From: Eubacteriales bacterium
GTDB lineage: Bacteria; Bacillota; Clostridia; Oscillospirales; CAG-272
DNA: 64,000 nucleotides
NCBI GenBank assembly: GCA_045588085.1
Contig: JAZNDN010000026.1
Coordinates: 2,646 to 66,645, forward strand
Direction of reading: 5' to 3'
The notes below the pieces were generated by a model. The model saw only the letters and a program-made list of their open reading frames with translations. It searched no databases and was not told where the DNA came from. The position numbers and the translations under genes are program-made. Shown here piece after piece: positions 48,323 to 58,372 of this stretch (position 1 is its first letter; the number at the start of each line of letters is the position of its first letter).

Positions 48323-50065
48323 ATGAAGAAAAAGAAACCGCAGGGAAAAGTGACTCCCACGGGTGTTTCGACTAAAAGCTACAAGCCTCCCGTACCGTCG
48401 GCAAAGACTAAATCCGAGATTTTGCCGCAGTCAAAGAAGCTTACTCCGCGTGCGAAACGGCTGATTATAATAATTACAGCGGTGGTGCTGGTGCTTGCGA
48501 TTGCCGGCGGAATTGTTGCCATAGTGGTGTATAATATAAACAATAACCGCAGAATTGATTTTCTGAATGACGACCTCTCCGAGTACGTAACGCTTACCAG
48601 AGGCGATTATATAGGTGCTGATATTAACGTTTCGGTCCCACCGGTGTCAGACGATGAGGTGTATACCGAGGTGCTTAAGGCATTGGCGAGCAAAAAGGGC
48701 AATATGCTTTATCACGGTGACTATATGTATACCGAGCCGCTCGGCGCGGGTGATAAGGCGTATATATACTACCGCGGCTATGAGCTTGACGAGCATGGGA
48801 ACAAGATTGACCTTTTGGGCACCTGCAATATGTTTAAAAACGAGTCGGAGGAGCTGGTTATCGGCTCTGGCAGTATGGTTCCGGGGTTTGAGCTTCAGCT
48901 CTTGTCACGTATTCCGAATCTTCCGGATAAGCCGGACGATGAAGATGCGACCGACGGACTTCAGAAGCGCACCGAGGGTGAAATAAATGATACCGACCTT
49001 GTGTTCGTAAAGGCTACCTACGCTGAAGAGAGCGGAGATTTTCACGAGGATGCTCAGCTGGTTATTGATTTTTCGAGTGCCGCGCTTGATGATACGTGGG
49101 GTACGGACGAAAACGGCAAGGGAATAAGAGATTATATCCGTAAAATAGGTTTGGGCAACGTAGGCGATGCTTTAGCTGACCAAAGGTGGTTCGGAGAGTT
49201 TGAGACCCCCGACGGCGACAGCGTTACCGTAATTAAAATGGAGGTAATGGCAGCTGCCGAGATTGCGGCGGAGCCTGTCAAAGTAGAGGTTACGTTCCCT
49301 TACGATTACAAAGACGAGAGCTTTAGAAATAAAAAGGTATATTTCGACGTTTATATAACCCGCGCAATACATTATGAAAGTGCCGAATGGGGCGACCAGT
49401 TTATCACGGACGTTCTTGAAGAGGACCCCGAAAGCTTCGATAAATACGAGGGTGATACCCTGGCAGACAGATATATAAACGGTATGAGGCAGAGCATGAC
49501 TGACGACCGAAGGAACGGAGAGGGCGGGCTTGAAGAGCAAAAGATTGATGCGTTCTGGGAGCACGTTAAAAGCCGTGCCACATTTGCCAAAATTCCTGAG
49601 GCGGAAATAAATGCGGGATTTGACAGATACTACAATATGTACCTTTTGCTGTATATAAATCAGTATAAGGATGCCTATGATACGATTGACGCGTATATAG
49701 CTTCGGTATACAACCTTGCCGACGTGACGCAGTGGCGTGACCACTTGAGGTCCGTCGTTGAGGATGAGGTTAAGGAAAAAATTATATTCTTCTACATTGT
49801 GAGAAACGAGGATATGGTACCTACCGATGAGGAATTCCGCGATGAGTACAGAAGCATTCTCGAGACGGAATATTATACCCTTCACGGTAAAACCAGAGAG
49901 GATTACCCGAGCGACGAGGTGTACGATAAGATTATCGCAGACTACGAGGAGGACGCATTAAACGATTACGGATACGACGTCTATTTCCAGAAGACCTATT
50001 ACAATCTCAGGCTTGAGGATATAATAAACCTTACGGACGTACACAACGAATTTGAATTTAAATAA
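48323..50065 (+). CDS. Membrane-anchored trigger-factor-like protein with an FKBP-type PPIase domain
   Basis: N-terminal signal anchor (LIIIITAVVLVLAIAGGIVAIVV). GDKAYIYYRGYELDEHG...ELVIGSGSMVPGFELQLL and VEVTFPYDYKDESFRNKKVYFDVYI match the trigger-factor PPIase blocks (G..v.idf.G..dG...l.lGsG.fIPGFE.ql.G ... v.vtFPe.Y). The C-terminal helical arm-like region contains ..EKIIFFYIV... Confidence 0.7.
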   Translation: MKKKKPQGKVTPTGVSTKSYKPPVPSAKTKSEILPQSKKLTPRAKRLIIIITAVVLVLAIAGGIVAIVVYNINNNRRIDFLNDDLSEYVTLTRGDYIGADINVSVPPVSDDEVYTEVLKALASKKGNMLYHGDYMYTEPLGAGDKAYIYYRGYELDEHGNKIDLLGTCNMFKNESEELVIGSGSMVPGFELQLLSRIPNLPDKPDDEDATDGLQKRTEGEINDTDLVFVKATYAEESGDFHEDAQLVIDFSSAALDDTWGTDENGKGIRDYIRKIGLGNVGDALADQRWFGEFETPDGDSVTVIKMEVMAAAEIAAEPVKVEVTFPYDYKDESFRNKKVYFDVYITRAIHYESAEWGDQFITDVLEEDPESFDKYEGDTLADRYINGMRQSMTDDRRNGEGGLEEQKIDAFWEHVKSRATFAKIPEAEINAGFDRYYNMYLLLYINQYKDAYDTIDAYIASVYNLADVTQWRDHLRSVVEDEVKEKIIFFYIVRNEDMVPTDEEFRDEYRSILETEYYTLHGKTREDYPSDEVYDKIIADYEEDALNDYGYDVYFQKTYYNLRLEDIINLTDVHNEFEFK

Positions 50066-50153
50066 GACGGTACGCATGCGGCATTTGTTTAGCACATAGT
50101 CGCTGAAGCGTATAGAATACATCTGAGTCCGAGTTTTTGGACGGGAGGGAAAA

Positions 50154-50645
50154 ATGGATTTAATCGACAGAAAAATATTGAAGCTTCTTGACAAGGATGC
50201 GAGAGTTACCTACGAGGACATTGCCGCCGTTGCGGAAATAAGCGAGGACGAGGCTGCGAGCCGCGTCAGAAAACTCGAAAAGGACGGAATAATCAGAGGC
50301 TATAAGGGCGTTATTGCTTGGGATAGCGTAGACCCTGACAGAGTCAGCGCTATAATCGAGCTTAAGGTTACGCCTAAGGCGGGCTTTGGCTTTGAGGAGG
50401 TTGCCGAAAGAGTTGCAAAGTATCCTCAGGTTGAGTCGGTATATCTTATGTCCGGAGCTTACGACCTCAACGTTGTGGTAAAGGGAAAGACCTTCCACGA
50501 GGTTACGAATTTCGTATCGCGCGAGCTTGCTATGATAGATTCCGTAACTGCTACGGCAACTCAGTTCGTTATGAGAAGATACAAGGAATACGACGTGGAG
50601 CTGCTTGACAGTGAAAAGGATAGCAGAGGGAAAATTTCGTTATGA
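50154..50645 (+). CDS. Lrp/AsnC-family transcriptional regulator (AlaR-like by context)
   Basis: MDLIDRKILKLLDKDARVTYEDIA is the HTH, followed by a C-terminal RAM/AsnC_trans_reg-like domain. Its stop overlaps the next gene's ATG (ATGA at 50642-50645). Confidence 0.9.
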   Translation: MDLIDRKILKLLDKDARVTYEDIAAVAEISEDEAASRVRKLEKDGIIRGYKGVIAWDSVDPDRVSAIIELKVTPKAGFGFEEVAERVAKYPQVESVYLMSGAYDLNVVVKGKTFHEVTNFVSRELAMIDSVTATATQFVMRRYKEYDVELLDSEKDSRGKISL

Positions 50646-51823
50646 TAAATTACGATAAGATTTTATCGCGTACCGTCAAGGGCATGAAGCCGTCGGGAAT
50701 AAGAAAATTCTTTGACATTGCCAACACTATGGAGGACGTAATTTCTCTCGGTGTAGGCGAGCCGGATTTCAGGACGCCCTGGCAGGTTCGCGCAGCCGGA
50801 ATACGCTCGCTTGAGCACGGTCAAACCCGATATACCTCTAATAGCGGTCTTGAAGATTTGAGGGCTGAAATCGGGCGTTACGTCAAGCGTAAATACAACA
50901 CGGTATACCGTGCCGAAGATGAAATTCTCGTCACGGTCGGCGGCAGCGAGGCAATAGACGCTGCAATAAGAGCCATTACCAATCCGGGTGATGAAATTAT
51001 AATTCCGCAGCCGAGCTACGTCTGCTATGAGCCAATAGTTGCTCTTGCGGGCGGCGTTCCGGTAATTCTTGAAACTGTTGCCGAGAGCGATTTCAAGGTA
51101 ACCCCCGAGCAGCTTCGCGAAAAGATTACCGATAAAACCAAGGCGCTCATTCTTCCTTATCCGTGCAACCCCACAGGCGCGGTTATGGAAAAGGCAGACC
51201 TTGAAGCAATAGCAGAGCTTCTTCGTGATACCGACATATTCGTCATTTCCGACGAGATATATGCCGAGCTTACCTTTGGTAAGGACAGACACGTTTCAAT
51301 AGCATCTGTTGAGGGAATGAGGGAGAGAACCGTTATGATAAACGGCTTCTCAAAGACCTTCGCCATGACAGGCTGGCGTCTTGGCTACGCCTGCGGCCCT
51401 GCGGAAATAATGAGCCAGATAAGAAAGATACACCAGTATGCTATTATGTGCGCGCCGACAACCTCTCAGTACGCCGCAGTCGAGGCTCTCGCCAATTGCG
51501 ATGCCGAGGTAGAGCGTATGCGCGAGGAATACGATTCTCGCCGTAAGATAATAGTAAACGGCTTCAACAAGCTCGGTCTAACCTGCCGCGAGCCTAAGGG
51601 CGCGTTCTATGCCTTCCCCTGCATCAAGAGCACGGGAATGACCTCGGAGCAGTTTTGCGAGAGGCTTCTTGAGGCAAAGCACGTTGCAGTAGTGCCGGGA
51701 ACGGCATTCGGTGAAAGCGGCGAGGGCTTTGTAAGAGCTTCGTATTGCTATTCAGTCGAGCATATTAAGGAAGCTTTACGCAGAATAGGCGAATTTCTTG
51801 ACGAGTTGAAATTGTCAAAATAA
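50642..51823 (+). CDS. Class I/II pyridoxal-phosphate aminotransferase (AlaT/AspC-like)
   Basis: 393 aa with YPCNPTG and SKTFAMTGWRLGY (the PLP-lysine block). Translationally coupled to the Lrp-type regulator, as in B. subtilis alaR-alaT. Confidence 0.9.
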   Translation: MINYDKILSRTVKGMKPSGIRKFFDIANTMEDVISLGVGEPDFRTPWQVRAAGIRSLEHGQTRYTSNSGLEDLRAEIGRYVKRKYNTVYRAEDEILVTVGGSEAIDAAIRAITNPGDEIIIPQPSYVCYEPIVALAGGVPVILETVAESDFKVTPEQLREKITDKTKALILPYPCNPTGAVMEKADLEAIAELLRDTDIFVISDEIYAELTFGKDRHVSIASVEGMRERTVMINGFSKTFAMTGWRLGYACGPAEIMSQIRKIHQYAIMCAPTTSQYAAVEALANCDAEVERMREEYDSRRKIIVNGFNKLGLTCREPKGAFYAFPCIKSTGMTSEQFCERLLEAKHVAVVPGTAFGESGEGFVRASYCYSVEHIKEALRRIGEFLDELKLSK

Positions 51824-51844
51824 AATACAGAACACTCAAAAAAG

Positions 51845-51878
51845 AAAAGGAAGAGGCGTGAAAACCTCTTCCTTTTTG
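51845..51878. terminator. Bidirectional intrinsic terminator between the convergent aminotransferase gene and alaS
   Basis: aaaaggaagagg-cgtgaaaa-cctcttcctttt gives a perfect 10-12 bp stem with A/T runs on both sides. Confidence 0.8.
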
Positions 51879-51906
51879 CATTGATATAGAACTTAAAGAA
51901 ACCGAT

Positions 51907-54525
51907 TTATGCAAGCAGCGATTCCACGCGGGCAAGAGCCTCGTCGATTTTCGAGAGGTCTGAGCCACCGCTCATTGCGCTGTCGGGACGTCCGCCGCCC
52001 TTACCGCCGCATATTGCCGAGATATCCTTGAGGATATTTCCGGCGTGAGCGCCTGCCGCAACGGCGTCGGGGCCTGCGCAAGCGATGAAGTTGAGCTTTC
52101 CGTCGTTGACGAGGGCAAATACTGCAACGGCATCGGGGTATTTTGCTTTTACGGTATCGCAAAGGCTTCTTGCCGAATCAGGCTTCATACCGTCAAGCTT
52201 TGCAGTGAGAAGCTTGAAGGAGCCAACCGTTCTGACCGAGTCTATCAGCGACGCGGTTTTTATTTCGGAGAGCTTGGAATTTGCGCTGTCAAGCTCGCGC
52301 TTCATATCGCGAAGCTGTGCCTGAAGACCGGACGCCTTGGAGGCGATAGTGTGCACGTTCTGAACCTTAAGCTCGCGAGCCGTGTCAAGTATCAGGCTGT
52401 CACGCTCTGCCAGAAGCTCAAGGACTCCGAGTCCGGTAGTGCCTTCAATACGTCTGGTTCCTGCCGCAACACCGGTTTCGGATATGATTTTGAAAAGACC
52501 TATATTTCCGGTGGAGCTAACGTGAGTTCCTCCGCAAAGCTCGGTGGAGGACGAGCCTATTTTAACCACGCGGACGGTATCTCCGTATTTCTCACCGAAC
52601 AGAGCCATAGCGCCCATCTGCCTTGCGGATTTGATATCCGTTTGGGTGGTGGAGCATTCCTCTGCCAAAAGAATGTTTGCATTAACGATTTGCTCAACCT
52701 TTGCAATTTCCTCTGCGGTCATTGCGGCGAGGTGAGTGAAGTCGAAGCGCACGCGCTTCTCGTCAACGTAGGAGCCTGCCTGCTCAACGTGAGTGCCGAG
52801 CGTTGCACGGAGTGCTGCCTGAAGAAGATGGCAAGCAGAGTGATTACGTCTTATAGCGTTGCGTCTTGCGGTGTCGATTTTAAGGGTGAGTGTATCACCT
52901 ACCGATATCATACCGCCGTCGACGGTTACCTCGTGAAGATATATGCCGTCGGTTTTCTTGGTGTCGGTAACGGTGAGTGATACTCCGTCTGCCGTGATAG
53001 AGCCGGTGTCACCTACCTGACCGCCGCCCTCGCCGTAAAATACGGTTCTGTCGAAGACGAGAGTTGCCTCGCCCTCGCTTATCGCGCTGACGGATTCGTT
53101 ATCGGTTATTATAGCAAGAAGCTTAGCGGTGCATTCGTCGTCGGAATATCCGAGGAACTCGGTTGCGCTAAGTCCTGCAAGGAGGGTATCTTTGCTATCT
53201 GCCCAGCCGGAGATATTTCCTCTGGCTTCTCTTGCACGGATTTTCTGTTCCTGCATGAGTGAGGAGAATTCCGCCTCGTTTACAGAGAGTCCCTTTTCCT
53301 CCGAGATTTCTCTGGTGAGGTCATAGGGGAAGCCGAACGTGTCGTAAAGCTTGAAGGCATCGGCACCCGAAAGCTCGGTTTTGTTCTCTGCCTTCGCCTT
53401 GTCAATTATCGAGGAAAGGATAGCAAGACCTGCATCAATGGTGGTATTGAATCTGTCTTCCTCAAGAGATATTACCTTAAGTATATAGTCGCGCTTGGTA
53501 ACAAGCTCCGGGTATGCACCGTCGTTCTGAGATATAACGACCTCGCAAAGTCCGACGAGGAATTTGCCGTCTATACCGAGAAGCTTTCCGTGACGGCAGG
53601 CTCTTCTGAGGATTCTGCGTAAAACGTAGCCTCTGCCCTCGTTTGAGGGAATAACTCCGTCGCATATCATAAAGGTAGCGCTTCTTATGTGGTCGGTGAT
53701 AACGCGTATGGAAACGTCGTCATCTTTATCAGCGCCGTAGGTTTTGCCGGCAATCGTGCAAACCGTGTCGAGAATTTTTCTGACTGTGTCAACCTCAAAA
53801 AGATTGTCCACGCCCTGCATAACGCAGGCAAGACGCTCAAGTCCCATGCCCGTGTCTATGTTTTTCTGTACGAGCTCGGTGTAATTACCCTGACCGTCAT
53901 TGTTGAACTGAGAGAACACGTTGTTCCAGATTTCCATGAATCTGTCGCAATCGCAGCCGGGCTTGCAGTCGGCAGAGCCGCAGCCGTATTTTTCGCCTCT
54001 GTCAAAGTATATCTCGGAGCAGGGGCCGCAGGGACCTTGTCCGTGCTCCCAGAAGTTATCTGCCTTTCCGAGCTTTACGATATGAGCTTCGGGAACCTTT
54101 ATAACGTCGCGCCACAGAGCGTACGCCTCGTCGTCCTCCTCGTATACCGAGGGCCACAGAAGCTCTTGGGGAATTTCAAGAGTTTTCGTGAGAAACTCCC
54201 ATGCCCACGGAATAGCCTCGGATTTGAAATAATCTCCGAATGAGAAGTTTCCGAGCATTTCAAAATAAGTGCCGTGGCGTGCGGTATGTCCAACGCGCTC
54301 AAGGTCGGGCGTTCTTATACATTTCTGGCAGGTACAAACCCTCGTACGAGGCGGCTCTTCTTCACCCGTGAAGAACTTCTTCATAGGCGCCATACCTGAA
54401 TTTATCAAGAGAAGAGATTTATCGTTGTTCGGAATGAGAGGGAAGCTGGGTAAGCGAAGATGCCCTTTGCTTTCGAAGAACGAAAGGAAGCTCTCGCGGA
54501 GCTCGTTGAGTGAGGTCCATTTCAT
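51907..54525 (-). CDS. alaS: Alanine--tRNA ligase
   Basis: 872 aa with FFESKGHLRLPS, the class II core, editing-domain motifs HSACHLL and CGGTHV, and a C-terminal DHHA1-like domain (GGKGGGRPD). Confidence 0.97.
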   Translation of the reverse strand: MKWTSLNELRESFLSFFESKGHLRLPSFPLIPNNDKSLLLINSGMAPMKKFFTGEEEPPRTRVCTCQKCIRTPDLERVGHTARHGTYFEMLGNFSFGDYFKSEAIPWAWEFLTKTLEIPQELLWPSVYEEDDEAYALWRDVIKVPEAHIVKLGKADNFWEHGQGPCGPCSEIYFDRGEKYGCGSADCKPGCDCDRFMEIWNNVFSQFNNDGQGNYTELVQKNIDTGMGLERLACVMQGVDNLFEVDTVRKILDTVCTIAGKTYGADKDDDVSIRVITDHIRSATFMICDGVIPSNEGRGYVLRRILRRACRHGKLLGIDGKFLVGLCEVVISQNDGAYPELVTKRDYILKVISLEEDRFNTTIDAGLAILSSIIDKAKAENKTELSGADAFKLYDTFGFPYDLTREISEEKGLSVNEAEFSSLMQEQKIRAREARGNISGWADSKDTLLAGLSATEFLGYSDDECTAKLLAIITDNESVSAISEGEATLVFDRTVFYGEGGGQVGDTGSITADGVSLTVTDTKKTDGIYLHEVTVDGGMISVGDTLTLKIDTARRNAIRRNHSACHLLQAALRATLGTHVEQAGSYVDEKRVRFDFTHLAAMTAEEIAKVEQIVNANILLAEECSTTQTDIKSARQMGAMALFGEKYGDTVRVVKIGSSSTELCGGTHVSSTGNIGLFKIISETGVAAGTRRIEGTTGLGVLELLAERDSLILDTARELKVQNVHTIASKASGLQAQLRDMKRELDSANSKLSEIKTASLIDSVRTVGSFKLLTAKLDGMKPDSARSLCDTVKAKYPDAVAVFALVNDGKLNFIACAGPDAVAAGAHAGNILKDISAICGGKGGGRPDSAMSGGSDLSKIDEALARVESLLA

Positions 54526-54602
54526 ATTTTATATCCTCCTTGGCACAGACGTGCCCTGTTGCCGATAGGCTTTTGCCTTGGCAGATGCTTTATAACTTAG
54601 TC

Positions 54603-54632
54603 ATTATAGCATAAATTTTACACTAAAGTCAA
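54603..54632 (-). promoter_or_regulatory. Predicted sigma-A promoter of alaS
   Basis: On the minus strand: TTGACT (54632-54627), an 18-nt spacer, then TATAAT (54608-54603) with an extended -10 TG. The leader is ~70 nt and contains the hairpin ggcac-gtct-gtgcc just before the RBS aaggagga. Confidence 0.6.
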
Positions 54633-54667
54633 TATATTTAAAGATAATAATACTACCTCGGCAGGTA

Positions 54668-57600
54668 TTAATTTGTACTCCGCTCGGCATAAAGCGGTAT
54701 CTCTGTGCCCATGTGCAGAGAATATATTCCGATTTTCTCGGGCAACCTTCCAAAAAGAATTTCCACAGCCTTTGCGTAGTATGAAAGCTGCAGGGAATGC
54801 GCCGCGCGCAAACGGCTTTGTGCAAGCTCGGGGTTGTTAAGCTCTTGCGTAGTAAGTCTGTCGGTTTTGTAATCTACCAGATGCAGCGAGCCGTCGGGCG
54901 CTTCTATGATGCAGTCGATAACACCTTGAACTAAAATTTCTTCACCCTCAAGCGCCGATTTGAGCTCCTCGCTTTGCGTAAACTCAGATGCAGGCAGCTT
55001 GACGTTGAATCGCAGCTCTCGGTGAAGAGATTTTGCCTCCGTCATTTCGCTGAACAGACGTGATTTTGTAAAGGCGTCAATTTCCTTAATACGTACACGC
55101 GCTCCGTCTTCTTCGGAAATGTACGCCTTTTTTACAAGACGGTCAAGCTCTGCCTTGGCTCCGCTTTCCATTAGCTTACCGAAATCGCAGAATTGCAGGA
55201 ATGTGTGAGTTGCGATACCGCGCTTTGCGCTTTCGTCGGCAGATTTTCCGCTTATGAAGCTTGGCAGGTACGGCTTGAAATCATCTTCACCGCTGTCACG
55301 GTGTGCCAAATCAAGCTCGTCAAGGGTCAGAGCATCCTTGTCCGCACCGTCCAGAACGTCGGGGTAGAGCTTTGATACCGAGAGCTTTTCCGGAAGCGTC
55401 TGGAGGTGTTTATACGGATATTCGTAAAGAAATCTTGAAACAAGCTCTCTTGCATCATCCTCGGCAGAGCCGTCGATTTGCGATACGGCTTCGGCGTCGT
55501 TATCGGAGATTTGCTCGATGCAGGGGGCGTCGCAGCCGTTTTCCGCAGTTTCCACGATAAGCTCACCGCTTTTGCGGTTCGCGACTATTATCTCAAACAT
55601 AGAGGAGTATTTTTTTGCTGTGTAGGAGTCGGCAAGCTCGCCGGAGAGCTTTATTGTGTCGAGCTTTTTGTCGAGGTATTTCGTACCCGACGTGGCGTAG
55701 ACGTAAAGCGCCTCTCTTGCGCGAGTGAGGATAACGTAGAGAATTCTGAGCTCCTCCTCGTATTCCTTGTCGCTCTTATATCGGTTTATTACGTTTTGCA
55801 CGGGGTTTTCAACCAATGCCGTGCCGGAGGGGTCCTTGACGAGCATTGAAATTCCGAAATCCTCAGCGTAGGCTATTCTGTCACTTGAGCTTTTGCGTAT
55901 ACCTGTTCCGGACTCAACGAAGAAGCAGGCGGGGAATTCAAGTCCTTTGGACTTGTGAGCCGTGAGAATTTTCACCGTATCCCCGTCCTCGTCGGAGGTC
56001 ATACCGGTTTCGAAGGTTTTGCCTTCCTCTATTATGCTGTTAATGTAGCTTATAAAGCTGTAAAGCCCCTTGTATGAGCTTTGCTCGTAGGAGCGGGCAA
56101 GATTGTGAAGAAGAATAAGATTATCCTTCCCGCCGTTCTTCTCTGCCAGAGCAAGAAGCCCGGTTCTTCGGAAAAGAATAGACAGGAGCTTGTCTATGCT
56201 TATACCCTCGGAAAGCGACCTGTATTCCGCGAGCTCCGAAAGAAACGTGTGTCCTTTGATAAAATCGGGATTCGCGTCGCAGTATTCAACCAGTGCCTCG
56301 TAAAGTGTCTCCGAACGCGAGGCAAGCCGTATGGCAACGAGCTCGTCGGGGGTGAAGCTATATATCGGAGACAGAAGCAGTCCGGTGAGGTATATTTCCT
56401 TTCTGGGATTGTCTATGGTGTTGAGCAGAGAAAGGGTAAGCAGAATTTCCTCATTCATCAGGAATTCTCCGTTATCGGCAACGCTGGCGCGGATTCCCTG
56501 CGCGGCAAGCGCCTGTCTGTAACTTTCCGCGCGCCCCTTTGCCGAGCGCATGATAATTGCAACGTCGGACGGACGGTAAGGCTCTCCGTCAGCCTTCCTG
56601 CCGTGCTCCAGCAGCTCGCGAACCTTGCGCGCGACACCTGCCGCCGCCGCGGAGATTTCCTTTTCCTCCTCGTCGGAGATTTGGTCTGTCAGAGCGGCAT
56701 CGTCGGATAAGTCGTACCCCGTGTCAGCACCTAGCTTCTCGAAAACGTGAATTTGTGGGATATTTGAGCATGGCGAGCTCCCCTCGGGATAAACCTTGGC
56801 AAATTTCAGGCGGTCGCCCTCCTCGTAGCCTATGCTGTCGCCGAGCAGTGAGAACATACTGTCAAAAATTCCATTGACGAAATCTACTATATTCGCGTCG
56901 CATCTGAAATTAGAGGACATAAACAGGCAAGCGCAGGGGGAGTCTGCATCTTCCGAAAGCTTCGGATATTCAGCCTTCATTTTTGCGAATATTTCGGGCT
57001 TTGCCGAGCGGAAGCCGTATATGCTTTGCTTGATATCGCCAACCATAAAGCGATTGTCCTTTTGCGACACCGCCTCGAAAATTCTGTTTTGAAGACTGTT
57101 GACGTCCTGATATTCGTCAATGTAGACTGCCTTGAACGAGGCGGAAATTTCTTTGGCGAGGTCGGTTCTCTCGCCGTTCTTTATAAGAGCCGCGCAGGCG
57201 TATCTTTCTATATCCGAATAGGAGCATATACCCTTGGATTTTTTCTCGTTGGTGAATACCGTGTCGAATTTTCTGAGGAATCGGTAAACCAAAGAAAGCT
57301 TTGAATAAAGCTCGGAATAAAGCTCTTTCCATTCTGCCGCAGAATAGGTGAAATACTTGGATTTGAAACGGGCAAAATCCGTTTTCATTATCTCCCTTGC
57401 CCATTCGATTTTCAGATATTCCTCGCTTTTGTCACCGCGGATACCGCGGAGCGAGGCAAACGGAAAGTCCAGAACGAGCCTTTGGAGTGTCGAAAAATCG
57501 GCAGCCTCGGCTATTGCCGAAAGCGCACCGCGCTCGACGAGAAATCTATCGTATACCGCGCCGTCTCTGCCGCCTCTGCCCGCCATAGAGTCAAGGCAGG

Positions 57601-58315
57601 AGAAGACCTTAAGGCAGGATTTTGCGCAGGCTTTGACCTCGTCGGCTATGTATTTGCCGTATACGGTTGCTCCGGGGTCGGTGAATTGCGCGGGATTAAA
57701 TTCCTCAACGAGCGGCAAAAGTGCTTCGACGCCGTTTTCGGCGCTTTCGGTTTTTTCGTATAGCTCAAGGAAGCACTCGTTGAGTCTGCCCGAGCCGCGA
57801 GCGGTGGTCAGACATTCCGCCAAAAGAGAAAATTCGCGGGGCGTGCATATTTCGGGAAGCTCTCCCTCATAAGCCGCTTCAATAAGCCCCTCCATTACCG
57901 AGCTTGAAAGCAGCGCAAGCTCCGCCGTATCGCCTATTCTGTAATTCGGAGGCAGACCGACCGAGGCGGCGCAGGACCTGAGTATGCTGTTGCAGAATGC
58001 GTCGATAGTCATAATTTTCGCATCTCTTACCGTGAGCAGCTCTTCTTCAAGGCGCGCGTTGTCCGGGTGCAGCTTTGCTGCCGCCTTTATGGCGGCACCG
58101 ATTCTCTCCCGCAGCTCGCCGACTGCCGCGTTTGTAAACGTAACTATGAGCATATCTTTTATGCTTATAGGGCTTTGCTCGTCCAGAACCGAGCGTATAA
58201 TTCTCTCGGTCAGCGTGGCGGTTTTTCCCGAGCCTGCCGCAGCCGAAACGAGAAGAGTTTTATCACGTGTATTTATGGCGAGCAGCTGCTCGTCCGTCCA
58301 TTTTCTTTCAGACAT
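54668..58315 (-). CDS. addA: ATP-dependent helicase/nuclease subunit A (AddA; UvrD/PcrA-type helicase plus RecB-family nuclease)
   Basis: 1215 aa. WTDEQLLAI...VSAAAGSGKTATLTERI (Walker A), VYIDEYQDVN, and the C-terminal nuclease block VQGVIDCIIE...LVDYKTD. The RBS aggagga lies upstream. Confidence 0.9.
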   Translation of the reverse strand: MSERKWTDEQLLAINTRDKTLLVSAAAGSGKTATLTERIIRSVLDEQSPISIKDMLIVTFTNAAVGELRERIGAAIKAAAKLHPDNARLEEELLTVRDAKIMTIDAFCNSILRSCAASVGLPPNYRIGDTAELALLSSSVMEGLIEAAYEGELPEICTPREFSLLAECLTTARGSGRLNECFLELYEKTESAENGVEALLPLVEEFNPAQFTDPGATVYGKYIADEVKACAKSCLKVFSCLDSMAGRGGRDGAVYDRFLVERGALSAIAEAADFSTLQRLVLDFPFASLRGIRGDKSEEYLKIEWAREIMKTDFARFKSKYFTYSAAEWKELYSELYSKLSLVYRFLRKFDTVFTNEKKSKGICSYSDIERYACAALIKNGERTDLAKEISASFKAVYIDEYQDVNSLQNRIFEAVSQKDNRFMVGDIKQSIYGFRSAKPEIFAKMKAEYPKLSEDADSPCACLFMSSNFRCDANIVDFVNGIFDSMFSLLGDSIGYEEGDRLKFAKVYPEGSSPCSNIPQIHVFEKLGADTGYDLSDDAALTDQISDEEEKEISAAAAGVARKVRELLEHGRKADGEPYRPSDVAIIMRSAKGRAESYRQALAAQGIRASVADNGEFLMNEEILLTLSLLNTIDNPRKEIYLTGLLLSPIYSFTPDELVAIRLASRSETLYEALVEYCDANPDFIKGHTFLSELAEYRSLSEGISIDKLLSILFRRTGLLALAEKNGGKDNLILLHNLARSYEQSSYKGLYSFISYINSIIEEGKTFETGMTSDEDGDTVKILTAHKSKGLEFPACFFVESGTGIRKSSSDRIAYAEDFGISMLVKDPSGTALVENPVQNVINRYKSDKEYEEELRILYVILTRAREALYVYATSGTKYLDKKLDTIKLSGELADSYTAKKYSSMFEIIVANRKSGELIVETAENGCDAPCIEQISDNDAEAVSQIDGSAEDDARELVSRFLYEYPYKHLQTLPEKLSVSKLYPDVLDGADKDALTLDELDLAHRDSGEDDFKPYLPSFISGKSADESAKRGIATHTFLQFCDFGKLMESGAKAELDRLVKKAYISEEDGARVRIKEIDAFTKSRLFSEMTEAKSLHRELRFNVKLPASEFTQSEELKSALEGEEILVQGVIDCIIEAPDGSLHLVDYKTDRLTTQELNNPELAQSRLRAAHSLQLSYYAKAVEILFGRLPEKIGIYSLHMGTEIPLYAERSTN

Positions 58316-58372
58316 AAGGTATCCTCCTGCGCGGCAATATACGTACCGCGTGTTTTATGGGATTGCACAAAT

